This document shows, in pieces, positions 36,416-46,900 of a stretch of DNA of 64,000 nucleotides (position 1 is the first letter of the stretch; each line of letters begins with the position of its first letter). Source of the DNA: a virus; IMG/VR virus record IMGVR_UViG_3300042898_003434, positions 1 through 64,000 of that record, one strand, 5' to 3'. The translations under genes and the position numbers were made by a program. The notes beneath the pieces are model-generated. The model made no database searches and was not told the origin of the DNA. It saw nothing but the letters and a program-made list of their open reading frames with translations.

Positions 36416-37288
36416 TTACCCCTGTTTACCCGCAAATAGTTTCAATTCGTCTCTATCGTTCGATTTAATAGGAGCAACTTCACCACTCAAACTGACAACG
36501 GCGGCGACAGAACCGGAAGAATCTCTCCATTCTCCGTATGGAGTCGATGACCAATTTTTACTCTTTGCGAATTGTATAGTAATATCAACTTTCGGTTGAA
36601 TAGCCGGTACAACTGGCGTCGTTGGTTCTGGTCTTGGTGCCGATGCAGTTGTAGCTACTCCTTGTGAATCGTCTGTACCTTTGCTTGCAGGTTCCGTGGA
36701 TGGCGTGGATGCTGGATCCGATTGAGTGGCTGCTGGAGCTTCTGCTGATGGTTTTGAGCTTGTAGATGCCGCTGCTGCTTTTTCCGGTGCATCTGCACTG
36801 GCGGCAGTCGGCTCTGTTGCTGGCGGCAAACCGGACGGTGTTGCGTCTGGGGTGGACGCTTGCGATCCGTCCACAGGCGCTTGTTTTTCTTTAGCACTTG
36901 GATCGGTCTGAGAAGTTGTTTGTTGCGTAACTCTCTTTTGCTTTCCTCTTTTCTTGTAATAAAGATTCATACCGCCCTTGCCATGTGTAGGATCAGCAAT
37001 CGCATGAGTTCCTTTTTTCAACGCCGCATCTCTATATTCTTTGGATGGGAAAGTAACCAACCAACCTTCTTTGTTATACGCTTGTCTTTCTGGATGCTTG
37101 CCCTCGTGTCTAAGCGCTTTAATAACTTCAGACACCGTCGCATCATCAAATTTCTTTTCTATCAAACTTTCCATCAATAAAAACATATGTTCTGTATTTT
37201 GTACGTCAAACGTACCATCCTCAACCAACGGATGAACGCATATGTCTAAGATTGAACCATTAACTGCTTCTAGGATGTCTTGTTTCAT
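36416..37288 (-). CDS. hypothetical protein with Pro/Ala/Ser/Thr-rich linker
   Basis: 290 aa; TATTTATA upstream (37302-37309). Confidence 0.7.
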   Translation of the reverse strand: MKQDILEAVNGSILDICVHPLVEDGTFDVQNTEHMFLLMESLIEKKFDDATVSEVIKALRHEGKHPERQAYNKEGWLVTFPSKEYRDAALKKGTHAIADPTHGKGGMNLYYKKRGKQKRVTQQTTSQTDPSAKEKQAPVDGSQASTPDATPSGLPPATEPTAASADAPEKAAAASTSSKPSAEAPAATQSDPASTPSTEPASKGTDDSQGVATTASAPRPEPTTPVVPAIQPKVDITIQFAKSKNWSSTPYGEWRDSSGSVAAVVSLSGEVAPIKSNDRDELKLFAGKQG

Positions 37289-37347
37289 GAATTATTATAC
37301 CTATAAATATACGTATATATAACAAATATACAATATAATTATAAATA

Positions 37348-38718
37348 TCAGTTCATCTCTATCTTTTGCATTTCGGCGTAATTTTTTCCTATATAAACTT
37401 TAACCGGAAGATCGTCCGCTTCCATAATTTTTTTAAGTGCTTTTATAATATCTAGCTTATCGCCTCTATGAGCGTCAAACAATATACTATCATATGTGTA
37501 TAAGATTGGCTTAGTCTTTTTATCCGCGCAGTACCCAAGTAACTCTTTCAATGTCTTAACAGCCATCTCAGTTTCGTATGCTTGTAAAATATAATTAAAC
37601 AGCTTGTTTGGCGTTGGACTTTCAATATGACAATCTCTAATTTTACGTTTAAATACAGGAGTTTCTATATATCCATTCTGTTCAAAGAACTTCCAGCGGT
37701 GATCGATATATTCCTGCGCTTTTTTAAAATAAGGTATATACATCCACCTACCATCAATTCCACCATACATTTGATGAAAGGTCAGTCCTTTTGACACCGC
37801 AAGGTCTTCTTCGTCGGCTTCCGGCTTGTTGAAGTAGTACTTGGCAAGATATTCATATGGGTTTACGTCATAAGATATTGGATAATTTATCAAACGCGCA
37901 ACCAATCTTGGGTGGAACGCATTATAATCCATCATCACCAACATACCGTCATCTCCGTGCCTAGAAATAAAAGAATCTCTAGATCCGTTGGTCTTGTTTA
38001 GTGCCGCGTAATTGACGCCACCAAATCGATTGGAAGGTCTTCCGGTGGATGTAAATAGATTGTATTGAGAGTATACCATGTTATTACTGATATGCCTCGT
38101 CTGTTCGGGACCAAACACGTCAATAAACTTGTCAACATCGATGGCCATGCCTATTGACTCCAATTCCGCAAAACAGTTAGTCATCGTGTCGTTAACAAAC
38201 TTGAAACCGTCTTCGTTTAGATATTTCAAAGAGAACTTGTCCGCGAGGCGCAAGTTTTTAAACAACGACGCATGTTTGTATAATGGCACCGAACGATTTA
38301 TATTCGACACTTCTCTGAAGTTTTTTTTTATAAAAACGTGGGCATTTGTTTCTCGTGAAGTTTTATCTGATACGTCGCCCCTCCCAAGGTATTCGATTAC
38401 ACTCAAGTCAACAAACCCAAAGTCTTTACCAATGAGATGGATAACATCTTTCTTATTATTGACCAATTTTACCGCATTTGATTTTTTAAGTGCATTTTTA
38501 AATGCATCAAACGCTATGGGAACGGTGATTGCCTCGTTGTGATTGATTGGCAAGCACCAATATTCGTCGTCGGCGATAAACTTGATGAAAATCAGCGAGA
38601 TGGTGTTGTTGTATGAATGCTTCTCATCGTCGGACATAACCAATTCCATATAAAACGTGTCGGTAGAGACACGGTTTAACAGTAATTCTAGATTTTCAAT
38701 TGACTCGACTATGTTCAC
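37348..38718 (-). CDS. divergent family A DNA polymerase-like protein
   Basis: TSTGRPSN, motif A-like MDYNAFHPRL, motif B-like KGLTFHQMYG, FNYILQ, motif C-like YDSILFD; leaderless promoter 38725-38752. Confidence 0.8.
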   Translation of the reverse strand: MNIVESIENLELLLNRVSTDTFYMELVMSDDEKHSYNNTISLIFIKFIADDEYWCLPINHNEAITVPIAFDAFKNALKKSNAVKLVNNKKDVIHLIGKDFGFVDLSVIEYLGRGDVSDKTSRETNAHVFIKKNFREVSNINRSVPLYKHASLFKNLRLADKFSLKYLNEDGFKFVNDTMTNCFAELESIGMAIDVDKFIDVFGPEQTRHISNNMVYSQYNLFTSTGRPSNRFGGVNYAALNKTNGSRDSFISRHGDDGMLVMMDYNAFHPRLVARLINYPISYDVNPYEYLAKYYFNKPEADEEDLAVSKGLTFHQMYGGIDGRWMYIPYFKKAQEYIDHRWKFFEQNGYIETPVFKRKIRDCHIESPTPNKLFNYILQAYETEMAVKTLKELLGYCADKKTKPILYTYDSILFDAHRGDKLDIIKALKKIMEADDLPVKVYIGKNYAEMQKIEMN

Positions 38719-38753
38719 TGTGGCAACTTACCACGTGTTCGGTCGAAGTCAAG

Positions 38754-39143
38754 TCAATATCCGCGCCAATACTCAACTAGGTTTGACAAGGCGAATGATA
38801 AATCCACTTCAGTTTCAATCTTCACTCGATTAATTTCGGCTGCGTTATTTTCAGAAACACTTGACTTTTCGACAATACCGTTAACAATTTTCTTTTCTTT
38901 TGATCCCGATATTTTCCAATTTAAACTGACTACCACATACAAATTTTTGTCTAATCCGTTTATTTTAGATGGGTCTATTTCAATTATTTTATCCTCATTT
39001 ACTTTTTTTACAAAGTATCTAATTAAAATTCCCGACTGATATTGCTCCTTTGTTGGTACCGGATTATATTTTACAGGAGGATTTCGAGTTAACATGCCCG
39101 ATATAATCCCATACTCAGATGTTAATTTGTCATTATATATCAT
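38754..39143 (-). CDS. hypothetical protein in baseplate cluster
   Basis: PTKEQY..G...RYFVKKVN...IEI; start reassigned to MIYND (ATGA overlap). Confidence 0.6.
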   Translation of the reverse strand: MIYNDKLTSEYGIISGMLTRNPPVKYNPVPTKEQYQSGILIRYFVKKVNEDKIIEIDPSKINGLDKNLYVVVSLNWKISGSKEKKIVNGIVEKSSVSENNAAEINRVKIETEVDLSFALSNLVEYWRGY

Positions 39144-41440
39144 TGTTGAGTCCTCGATATTTGTCTTAATTCTGCACCAATCGAAGTTTTCCACACACCG
39201 GATGAAATAGTATGGCTGACCGATTTTATTGAAAAAATGGCATTTTTATAAGAATACTGTTCTGGTACATGATCTACTGTAAACATGCCAAGAAAAGTAA
39301 ATCCGGCTATCCCCAAAACTTCAAATTCAAAAATTGTATTTGGCATCACGGGAGTATTGACATATGCAGCGGCAGAATTCTTATCTTCCATTACGATTTG
39401 TTTCATCAGTGTGTCAGACGGTTCATTCAAATAATAATCTATTCCGCTGCTGGGAGAGCTTGAATATATGTTAAAACCCTCGTCGTTAGTATTTCTACTA
39501 AGATCACTTTTTTTATTCGTGGCGTCTGTATTTGATGTTGTGGCCGGAGATTTATAAGCTTTATCCGCCAATCTATCGTTCGAGACAAACCTTCCAAAAG
39601 AGTTTGAATCTTGTGTCGGTTTTGTTTTGTCACTGTCGTTATCCTTGGTGTCGTTCGGAGCTTTCGCGTCTCTAGCTGCAAGCTCCGCTGATCCAGCAGT
39701 AAATAACACTTGGCTTGCCATTTCAGGACTCATTTTTACATCCATGCCCGCACTTAATAAATATGCGTGATTAACTGAGCCGAGCACAATTCTAGTTAAT
39801 TCAGATGCGGTTTTTTCATTTAGCACCGGTGCAAATTTTATATCCATGACTGTTACATAATTTTGATTCGCGTTTGTGTCTGGCATCAACCTCAATTCAT
39901 TTACTCCGGAAAGTGCCTGTGATATCTTACTTAAAATCGAAGTCATCATTGATTTCACCGTAGAATTTTCTTTCGCCGAAGATTTTATAAAATCTGTAGA
40001 AATATAAACATCTTTTAAATAACCAAAATATCCAAAACTTTGTTTATAAAAATCTTTGCTAGTCGCGTCTGTTACATCGGCGTCTGAAAATATAGGAAAC
40101 GATTTTCCTTTAAATTCTGGGTCAACTCTTTCGTTTAAAATAGCTTGTAAATCATCATATTGATCAGTAAATCCAAATTCCTTCAATATAGATGGAATTC
40201 TTCCGTATTTTTTATAATGTTCACCGTTTTCAATTTCGCTTAAATTTCCAGTAGAAGCAGTCTTGCCCGTTGTTTCTTTTTTTATATATTTAGGCGCAAA
40301 TTTGTTGGGGATAATGACGTCCGGATCTATTGATTTTAAACCGGGATGCGCGCCGATTAATACATTTGTAATATCTATTTTTTGCCAACTAAATTGTTTT
40401 TCTTTTTTATTTTCGTCTAATACAACAACCGGAAATTGAGTTTCAAAAAAATGATTTAATATTTCCACAAAATAATCCATTCTGACCCACTGTCTAGTGG
40501 TTGTAAATGTTGCCCCCGACTCAAATCTAAATATACGACCATGCGACTTGGGAAAATTGGGCTGAATGTCTGACTGATCAGTATCGTTCAATGCAATAGA
40601 ATCCCATTTACTGTATTTATTAAACTCGCTGAAGCTTTCTATTTTTTCGACATTTCCATTTTTATTTTTACGTTGGAGAGTTTCTTCTCCATAATTCTGG
40701 CCTTCGAATAACCAAGCAACGCTTGTAATTGTCGTACTACACTCGTATACTCCGTTTCCAGAAAGTTTATATGCATAGTCGGTTATAATTCCCATATGCG
40801 CATCATAGTTTCCGTCTGACATTTTTGATTTTTCTAAAATAGCCTTGGGATTACCAAATATTGGGCGCAATTTGTCTACATCATAGTCAATCAATGATGC
40901 TGGGTTATAATTATCCCATCCCCATTCAACGACACATGTTACTCTCGGCGAAAGAAAATACGGAGATAAATAATTTAGTTGTTCTAACGAATATGCTTTC
41001 CATTTAATTACCGCCTTTCTGCAAACAGCAGCAAACGGTGCCGATTGTCCTCCTAAAAGCTCGACGCGTATTTCATCAACTGACGGTGGCGGTCTATGTG
41101 GAAATGTTGTCGAAGTGTCACTTGATATAGTATGAGGGTTGCCCCTAGCATCCAATCCGATAGTAGAAATTTTTTGAGTATTAAAACCAAGGCTGTCGTC
41201 AAACCCATTAACTCCAAACATCAAAAATCCATCAAGATTTTTTGATGTGTCATTTTCTTTCAAATTATTTTTAACAACCGTCGGTATTCCATTTGAAAAA
41301 AATCTTGCCCACGCAGTTTTAACCGTGTTTCGTTTTTCGGCACCATTGAATCCATAATCACTAGATCGATTTTGTAATTCTGCTACTACCCACGGTTTGA
41401 TAGGATGTAAACCCCACGGAATAAATGTGTCTTGATCCAT
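39140..41440 (-). CDS. putative baseplate hub / tail structural protein
   Basis: 766 aa in tail cluster; VEWGW and C-terminal GIAG...F.I..V.H.IS...WKT.I pattern. Confidence 0.55.
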   Translation of the reverse strand: MDQDTFIPWGLHPIKPWVVAELQNRSSDYGFNGAEKRNTVKTAWARFFSNGIPTVVKNNLKENDTSKNLDGFLMFGVNGFDDSLGFNTQKISTIGLDARGNPHTISSDTSTTFPHRPPPSVDEIRVELLGGQSAPFAAVCRKAVIKWKAYSLEQLNYLSPYFLSPRVTCVVEWGWDNYNPASLIDYDVDKLRPIFGNPKAILEKSKMSDGNYDAHMGIITDYAYKLSGNGVYECSTTITSVAWLFEGQNYGEETLQRKNKNGNVEKIESFSEFNKYSKWDSIALNDTDQSDIQPNFPKSHGRIFRFESGATFTTTRQWVRMDYFVEILNHFFETQFPVVVLDENKKEKQFSWQKIDITNVLIGAHPGLKSIDPDVIIPNKFAPKYIKKETTGKTASTGNLSEIENGEHYKKYGRIPSILKEFGFTDQYDDLQAILNERVDPEFKGKSFPIFSDADVTDATSKDFYKQSFGYFGYLKDVYISTDFIKSSAKENSTVKSMMTSILSKISQALSGVNELRLMPDTNANQNYVTVMDIKFAPVLNEKTASELTRIVLGSVNHAYLLSAGMDVKMSPEMASQVLFTAGSAELAARDAKAPNDTKDNDSDKTKPTQDSNSFGRFVSNDRLADKAYKSPATTSNTDATNKKSDLSRNTNDEGFNIYSSSPSSGIDYYLNEPSDTLMKQIVMEDKNSAAAYVNTPVMPNTIFEFEVLGIAGFTFLGMFTVDHVPEQYSYKNAIFSIKSVSHTISSGVWKTSIGAELRQISRTQQ

Positions 41441-41455
41441 ATTATAAAACCGATA

Positions 41456-41755
41456 TTATGAATTTGCCCTGTTGAATTTTGCAACGATTGTTGATATGTT
41501 GGACGGTATTCTTAATTGTTGACCAACCGCTGGCTTCATCGTACCTTTTATATAGTTTGCTTGAGCGATGACCCACCATAGTGTAGAATCTTTATAAAAC
41601 TTATTTGCTAACGAGTCAAGAAAATCCGCATCCGTTGCGGTAACATATATGTCATCCGAGTTTACCGGTATTGCCGGATATCGGGTAGTAATAAATACGC
41701 GTTTACCGTCATATCTATTTTTTATATTGTTAAAATTTATGTTATATCTGTTCAT
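41456..41755 (-). CDS. LysM-like baseplate wedge protein
   Basis: D.LDSLANKFYKDSTLWWVIAQAN...GQQLRIP. Confidence 0.8.
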   Translation of the reverse strand: MNRYNINFNNIKNRYDGKRVFITTRYPAIPVNSDDIYVTATDADFLDSLANKFYKDSTLWWVIAQANYIKGTMKPAVGQQLRIPSNISTIVAKFNRANS

Positions 41756-41757
41756 AG

Positions 41758-43905
41758 TTAAACCCTAGCCGTTACATTATAGTGGTCGGCGCTTGTAGTC
41801 GATCTTTCTTTTTCCAATAGGCTCATTCCGACATTCACATCGACCTTAGTTGGCAATTGTAAAGATTTTGTTTTTGCATCGTAATATTGTTTTCCAATAT
41901 ATTGATTGTATTGTTCGCCGTCTCCTCGAAAACTTTCCCACATAGAATCATCCGGAATGCTTATACCGACAGATGTAATTATCGATGGTTGATCTTCATA
42001 CAAGTCTCCCATTGTTAAAGTGACCATGGGGGGGTACATAAATTGAGACATGATACCGCCACCGTCGGCGGTCTTGCCTTTGGTGTATGCCGGAGGTCTC
42101 GTTAACCCAACCAAATAATTGATTCTCGACCACATCGGCACAAGTTCTTCTAAACTGTTAGCGTATACCGTAAAATTGAAATTCAAAGTTCTTTCAAACC
42201 CTTTATACATATATAATTTATCAGCTCTTCCGAGGTATTGAACAGTATCCCATTCCGGAGAATGTACTTCATTTATAGAAGTAAGCGTGGCTCTAAATGG
42301 AATGTATATGTTGTTCACCAAATCAAAAAAATGAAAAAAGATTAAATCTTTGGATTGGCCATTTCCTAATGTCAAGTCGGGTGGAATTGTGTTTCTATCG
42401 CCGGTGATTACTTCCAATACATTAATCTTGTCCGCAACACTGTTAGTATTTCCATCTTTTTTATAAGACGCAAATCCGCGTTTTGCTAATGTGATTTTTT
42501 CACTAATGGTATTGGTAAATTTTGTTTTGCCGATTTCAATAGCGGAATATCCAGCCACAACTTTTTCTAACTTAGAAACTTGTTCTTTTTTAATAGACCC
42601 TGCAATCTCGTCGGCCCCTGTAATAGCAGTGGGATATCTCTTCTCGGTCGTACCAATTTCTGGATATGTTATGTATTTCTTCGGGGTGTTGCTGTCATTG
42701 CGGTAATCCTCCACAGTCTTTAACTGTTCGGTAGATTTTCTAAATTGCGGGGGTTTGGCCCAAACATCCGTGGTAATTCCTACAGTATTTATTATATCAC
42801 GCTGTTTTTGTATACTAAAATTACGAATTCTTGCATTCTCAGAATTTGCACGATCTCCCGCAGTTAAAACACTATATCGTAATGTCGGTGTATATCTATG
42901 AAATTCACCCACGTTAATTGCGTCATCCGCAACCCCGGGCGGCGCTTTGGCGGGTGCACCAAGAAATGCGGCACTCAAAGAAGATTTTATTGTATCGATA
43001 AATCCCATTTGACTCTGCGCATCTGTTTGTGGAGTATTTTTTGCAGCCAACATTCCACCTTTATCCGTATACATTGATTCATATGCGCCAATTATTCCGT
43101 TATATTCTGGACGAATTTCCCATTTATTGTCCGCCCCGCCACCAAAACCAAACGGATTTGTACTTGGTATGAAACTCTTCAGTTTACTGACAAGAGCTTT
43201 ACCTAACGCACTTCCAAAACTTGGCGTTTTTTGGCCAACTTGGTCGGTACCAGCGTCTGGAAAAACCGTATTAAATCTATTGCGACCACTATCACCACTT
43301 TCATAGCGTATAAGTCCCTTGGCTGGTAGACCATTCATCTTTGCGTAACTAGACAAAGCCGGACCAGTCGCTGTTCCGTCCGGGTTGTTTTCTATGGCTT
43401 TGCTTTGTATACCAACAACACTCAACAATGATGTCGCAACGAAATTACCAACACCACCGCTGACAGGCAAAAATCTAACAGGTCTATCAATGAGTCCGGT
43501 AGATCCTTTAGCGGCGGTTGCGCTTAATAGACTAAGTGGGTTGTATATTCTAGTTTCATTGAAGCTGTTTTGTTTCTGTAACAGATACTGTTTTCCGATA
43601 TATAGCAAACCAGTTCCACTCGTTGCAAATTTTGAGACTCTTTGTATATCGAGTAGTGTTGACCCAAACGGCATCGCTTGAGAATCCGCCCGTGTAATAT
43701 TCTTTGAAAATTCACTACTAGCAACATCTATAAATACATACGGTTGAGAGCTACCGATCTTTATACCTGGCCCAGTCGATTGCGTATACACCGAATACTT
43801 CTTATAAATAGAATTTGATTCTTTATTAAAAGTGGCCAATCTATCCGCAGGTGTCAGTCTTTTTATAGGCGACAGTGGATTTGAGATTGTTAGGTCGGAT
43901 AGCAT
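41758..43905 (-). CDS. baseplate / tail-tube initiator-like protein
   Basis: C-terminal FRAT...W....YLGRAD..Y.Y.GFERT..F.F...PP...LT.GD domain; follows tape measure. Confidence 0.65.
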   Translation of the reverse strand: MLSDLTISNPLSPIKRLTPADRLATFNKESNSIYKKYSVYTQSTGPGIKIGSSQPYVFIDVASSEFSKNITRADSQAMPFGSTLLDIQRVSKFATSGTGLLYIGKQYLLQKQNSFNETRIYNPLSLLSATAAKGSTGLIDRPVRFLPVSGGVGNFVATSLLSVVGIQSKAIENNPDGTATGPALSSYAKMNGLPAKGLIRYESGDSGRNRFNTVFPDAGTDQVGQKTPSFGSALGKALVSKLKSFIPSTNPFGFGGGADNKWEIRPEYNGIIGAYESMYTDKGGMLAAKNTPQTDAQSQMGFIDTIKSSLSAAFLGAPAKAPPGVADDAINVGEFHRYTPTLRYSVLTAGDRANSENARIRNFSIQKQRDIINTVGITTDVWAKPPQFRKSTEQLKTVEDYRNDSNTPKKYITYPEIGTTEKRYPTAITGADEIAGSIKKEQVSKLEKVVAGYSAIEIGKTKFTNTISEKITLAKRGFASYKKDGNTNSVADKINVLEVITGDRNTIPPDLTLGNGQSKDLIFFHFFDLVNNIYIPFRATLTSINEVHSPEWDTVQYLGRADKLYMYKGFERTLNFNFTVYANSLEELVPMWSRINYLVGLTRPPAYTKGKTADGGGIMSQFMYPPMVTLTMGDLYEDQPSIITSVGISIPDDSMWESFRGDGEQYNQYIGKQYYDAKTKSLQLPTKVDVNVGMSLLEKERSTTSADHYNVTARV

Positions 43906-43933
43906 ATGTTATAAATATCGATACATGCCAGTT

Positions 43934-46900
43934 TTAGTCTCTTGCGCTGGATGCCATCGCCGAGGATACTTTTCTTCCGTCTAGATTTACAGCAATTGCA
44001 CCACTTCGCATTAAAGATATAAGTTCGTCTAACTTGCCACCAAGAACACCAACACTTGTGTCGGTTGGAGCGGCGGCGGTTGTTGGAGCGGCGGTCGGCG
44101 CGGCGGCGGATATTACCGCCAGCGCTGCCATTTTAATGGTACTCATACTTTCTACTTGGTCGTTTAGTTTAGACAGCGACAATGTTAACTTATCGACTGA
44201 CGCCGCGAATGAGTCAACTGCTCCAAAATTAGACATCGACGTGGATATCTTTTGGATAGAATCGGCAGTAAGTTGCAATTGACTTCCCATCGACGACAGC
44301 TCTTTTATTTTTTTAATCGGGTCGCCACCCAACAGTCCACCAACAAAATTACCAATACCAGCAACCGCCGATCCAGTGCCAAATGCGGCCAGTGCAATTC
44401 CGATTGCCCCAATGCCGCCCGCCGCTAGATACAAACCCCCCGCTGTGCTTGCTAGGGATGTAAGTGGCGTTATCATTTTTTCAATACCGGTTGCAAGTAC
44501 CGGCAATCCTTCTGCTAATGCAGTCGTCCCAATTCCAAATACCCCAATCGCTAGGCCAAGTACGCCAATTGCGAGCGATCCGGCGAATATGAGCGGCGCG
44601 ATATAACCAAGACCAGCAGCGGCAAGTCCCAAGCCAACGATAGCAACACCCACTTTGGCTAAGGTACCCCATTCCAATTCCGCAAATTGTTTAAATCCAT
44701 ATGCGATACCTGCAAATGCTAAGGCGAGTAAGCCCATAGAAACGATACCCGCCATCACTGTGCCCTTACCCATTGCCTTTAAACCCGAGGCAAGCAATTC
44801 AAGACCAGCTCCAGCAGGGCCACCTAAAAATGCGACTGCCGCAAGACCAATTGCTCCCACGGTCATAATTGCAAACGCTAAGGCAGCAGCGGTGAGTGAA
44901 CCAGCTCCAAGTAAAACGTCTCCCTTTGCCATCTTTTTCAACCCTTTCGCAATTCCTTCTAACGCAGCAGAAAGCTTTTCACCATCTACCATAGACAATA
45001 GTTTTGCACCAAGCACACCGGGTATCATCACTACAAGGCCAATTGAGGCCGGTATTAAATTAAGCGCACCCTTCAAAACTTCGACACCGGCCATCTTTTT
45101 TAATCCCGCCGCAAGGTTTGTTAAAAACGACTTGATTCCGGAACCGTTGTTTGACTTCATCGATCTTGAAGATTTTTCTGTTTTTTCCACTCCTTTTGAA
45201 ATATCAGGAGTGCCAGTCGTAGTGCTCGGACCCTTAACTTTTTCAACAAGCGATTTTGCAAACGACCCTACGGCCTTGAATGGTTTTGCAATCATGCTCA
45301 TGACTGCACCAACACCGCCAGAACCAAAAAAGATATTGGTAATTAAACCTGCGCCAGCAATTTGTATCAAAGTGCCAACAAATGTTCCTAAATCTTTAAC
45401 TTGTTCTTTGGCAAATTCTACAGTTTTCGACCAAGATCCAGTACCATCTACGATGGAGGCAACGCCATCTGCTATCCATTTTATAGGACTTAATACCCAA
45501 GCAAGCCCCGCTGCTATTAAACCGACCAATTGTGCTATACGAGAAAAAATAGGAACAACTATTGTTACCAGCGGGGTAATTATTGGTTCTAGTATGTTTC
45601 CAATCGCAACAACCATTGATTCCAAACTAGTTTTTAACTTTGTAATCAAGCCTTGAATTTTCTGTTGCATCAACGCTTTTTCGTTTTGTTTTACCAAGTC
45701 AGCAGAATCCAAATCGTTTATCTTCTTCAAAGCTGCTAACTCTTTTTCTTGTGCTTTTAACGTGGCTTTTTTAGCTTCGTCGCTACCCATTAATATAGCA
45801 TCACGCTGTGCTTCAACTGCCATCATCTTAGTCAAATCTTTAAGTTCCATGCCAGCCGCTTTAGCCAATGCTTCGCGCTGATACACATTCATCTTGTTGA
45901 AGTCACCCGCATTCTTTACCGTTTCCAAAGTGGCTCTGGCAGAATCCTCAACTCTTCCTTCAAACGCCAATTGTCTTGCCAATTGAAAATTAACATTTCT
46001 GCCAAGCAATGCACTTGCTTCCATTTCGTCATTTATACTTGCGCTAAAATCAAGAAGTTTTCTTTGAGAAGATACAAGCTTGTTTAATTCCATTCCCATC
46101 GATCTTGCCGCAATTGCGGATTTCATCAGTTTTGACGGGTTTGCACCTAGCATACTGAGAGTATCTTCCGATGCACTTGCCACGTCTTGCATAACCAGTT
46201 TGAAAGGAATACCCGCTTTGTCAGATATACCGGCACCAACTTTGATGATATTCATCGCGGCTTGCTCAGATGCACCACCCAACCCTTGGAATGTAGCCAG
46301 TACAGCAGCCGAATTTTCTTGAGCTACACCAAGGTTTACACTCAACAAAGAAACATTCTGCAATGCTTCTTTACTGATAAGCGATGTTCTGCCAAATGTG
46401 TCCGTTAAAGCTTGCGCGGATTTATATGCAACCTCAATTGAAACTCCCATCGAAGCAAATTCAACATTTAAAGCCTCCGCGTCTTTGCGAAGGTCTTTCA
46501 TTTGTGTGGCACTAAAACCGGTCTGTTTTCTAAATTCTTCGGCGGCTTTATCTAGTTCGACAAACCGATCATAGCCCAGTTTAATGAGTTTCCAAAAATT
46601 TAATTTGGCTGTCAACCCTTGTATCTCACTCAACAATTTACTTGCTTTCAATGCCTCGTTGTTTAAATCACCTTCCAATTTTAAATTTTTACTTTCCAGC
46701 CCAGATTTTTTTATCGATAGTTCATTTAACTCTTCATCAATCGCTTTGATTTTTTCTTTATGTATCAACTCGTGTACAAATTGTTCGTTCAACCGGTCTA
46801 TCAACCTGCCCCTTTCGTCCGTCAATGCACCATGTTTTAATTCGGCGGAAATATTTTTCATAACAATACTGTTTCCAACTAGTGCAGCAAGATTTTGTCT

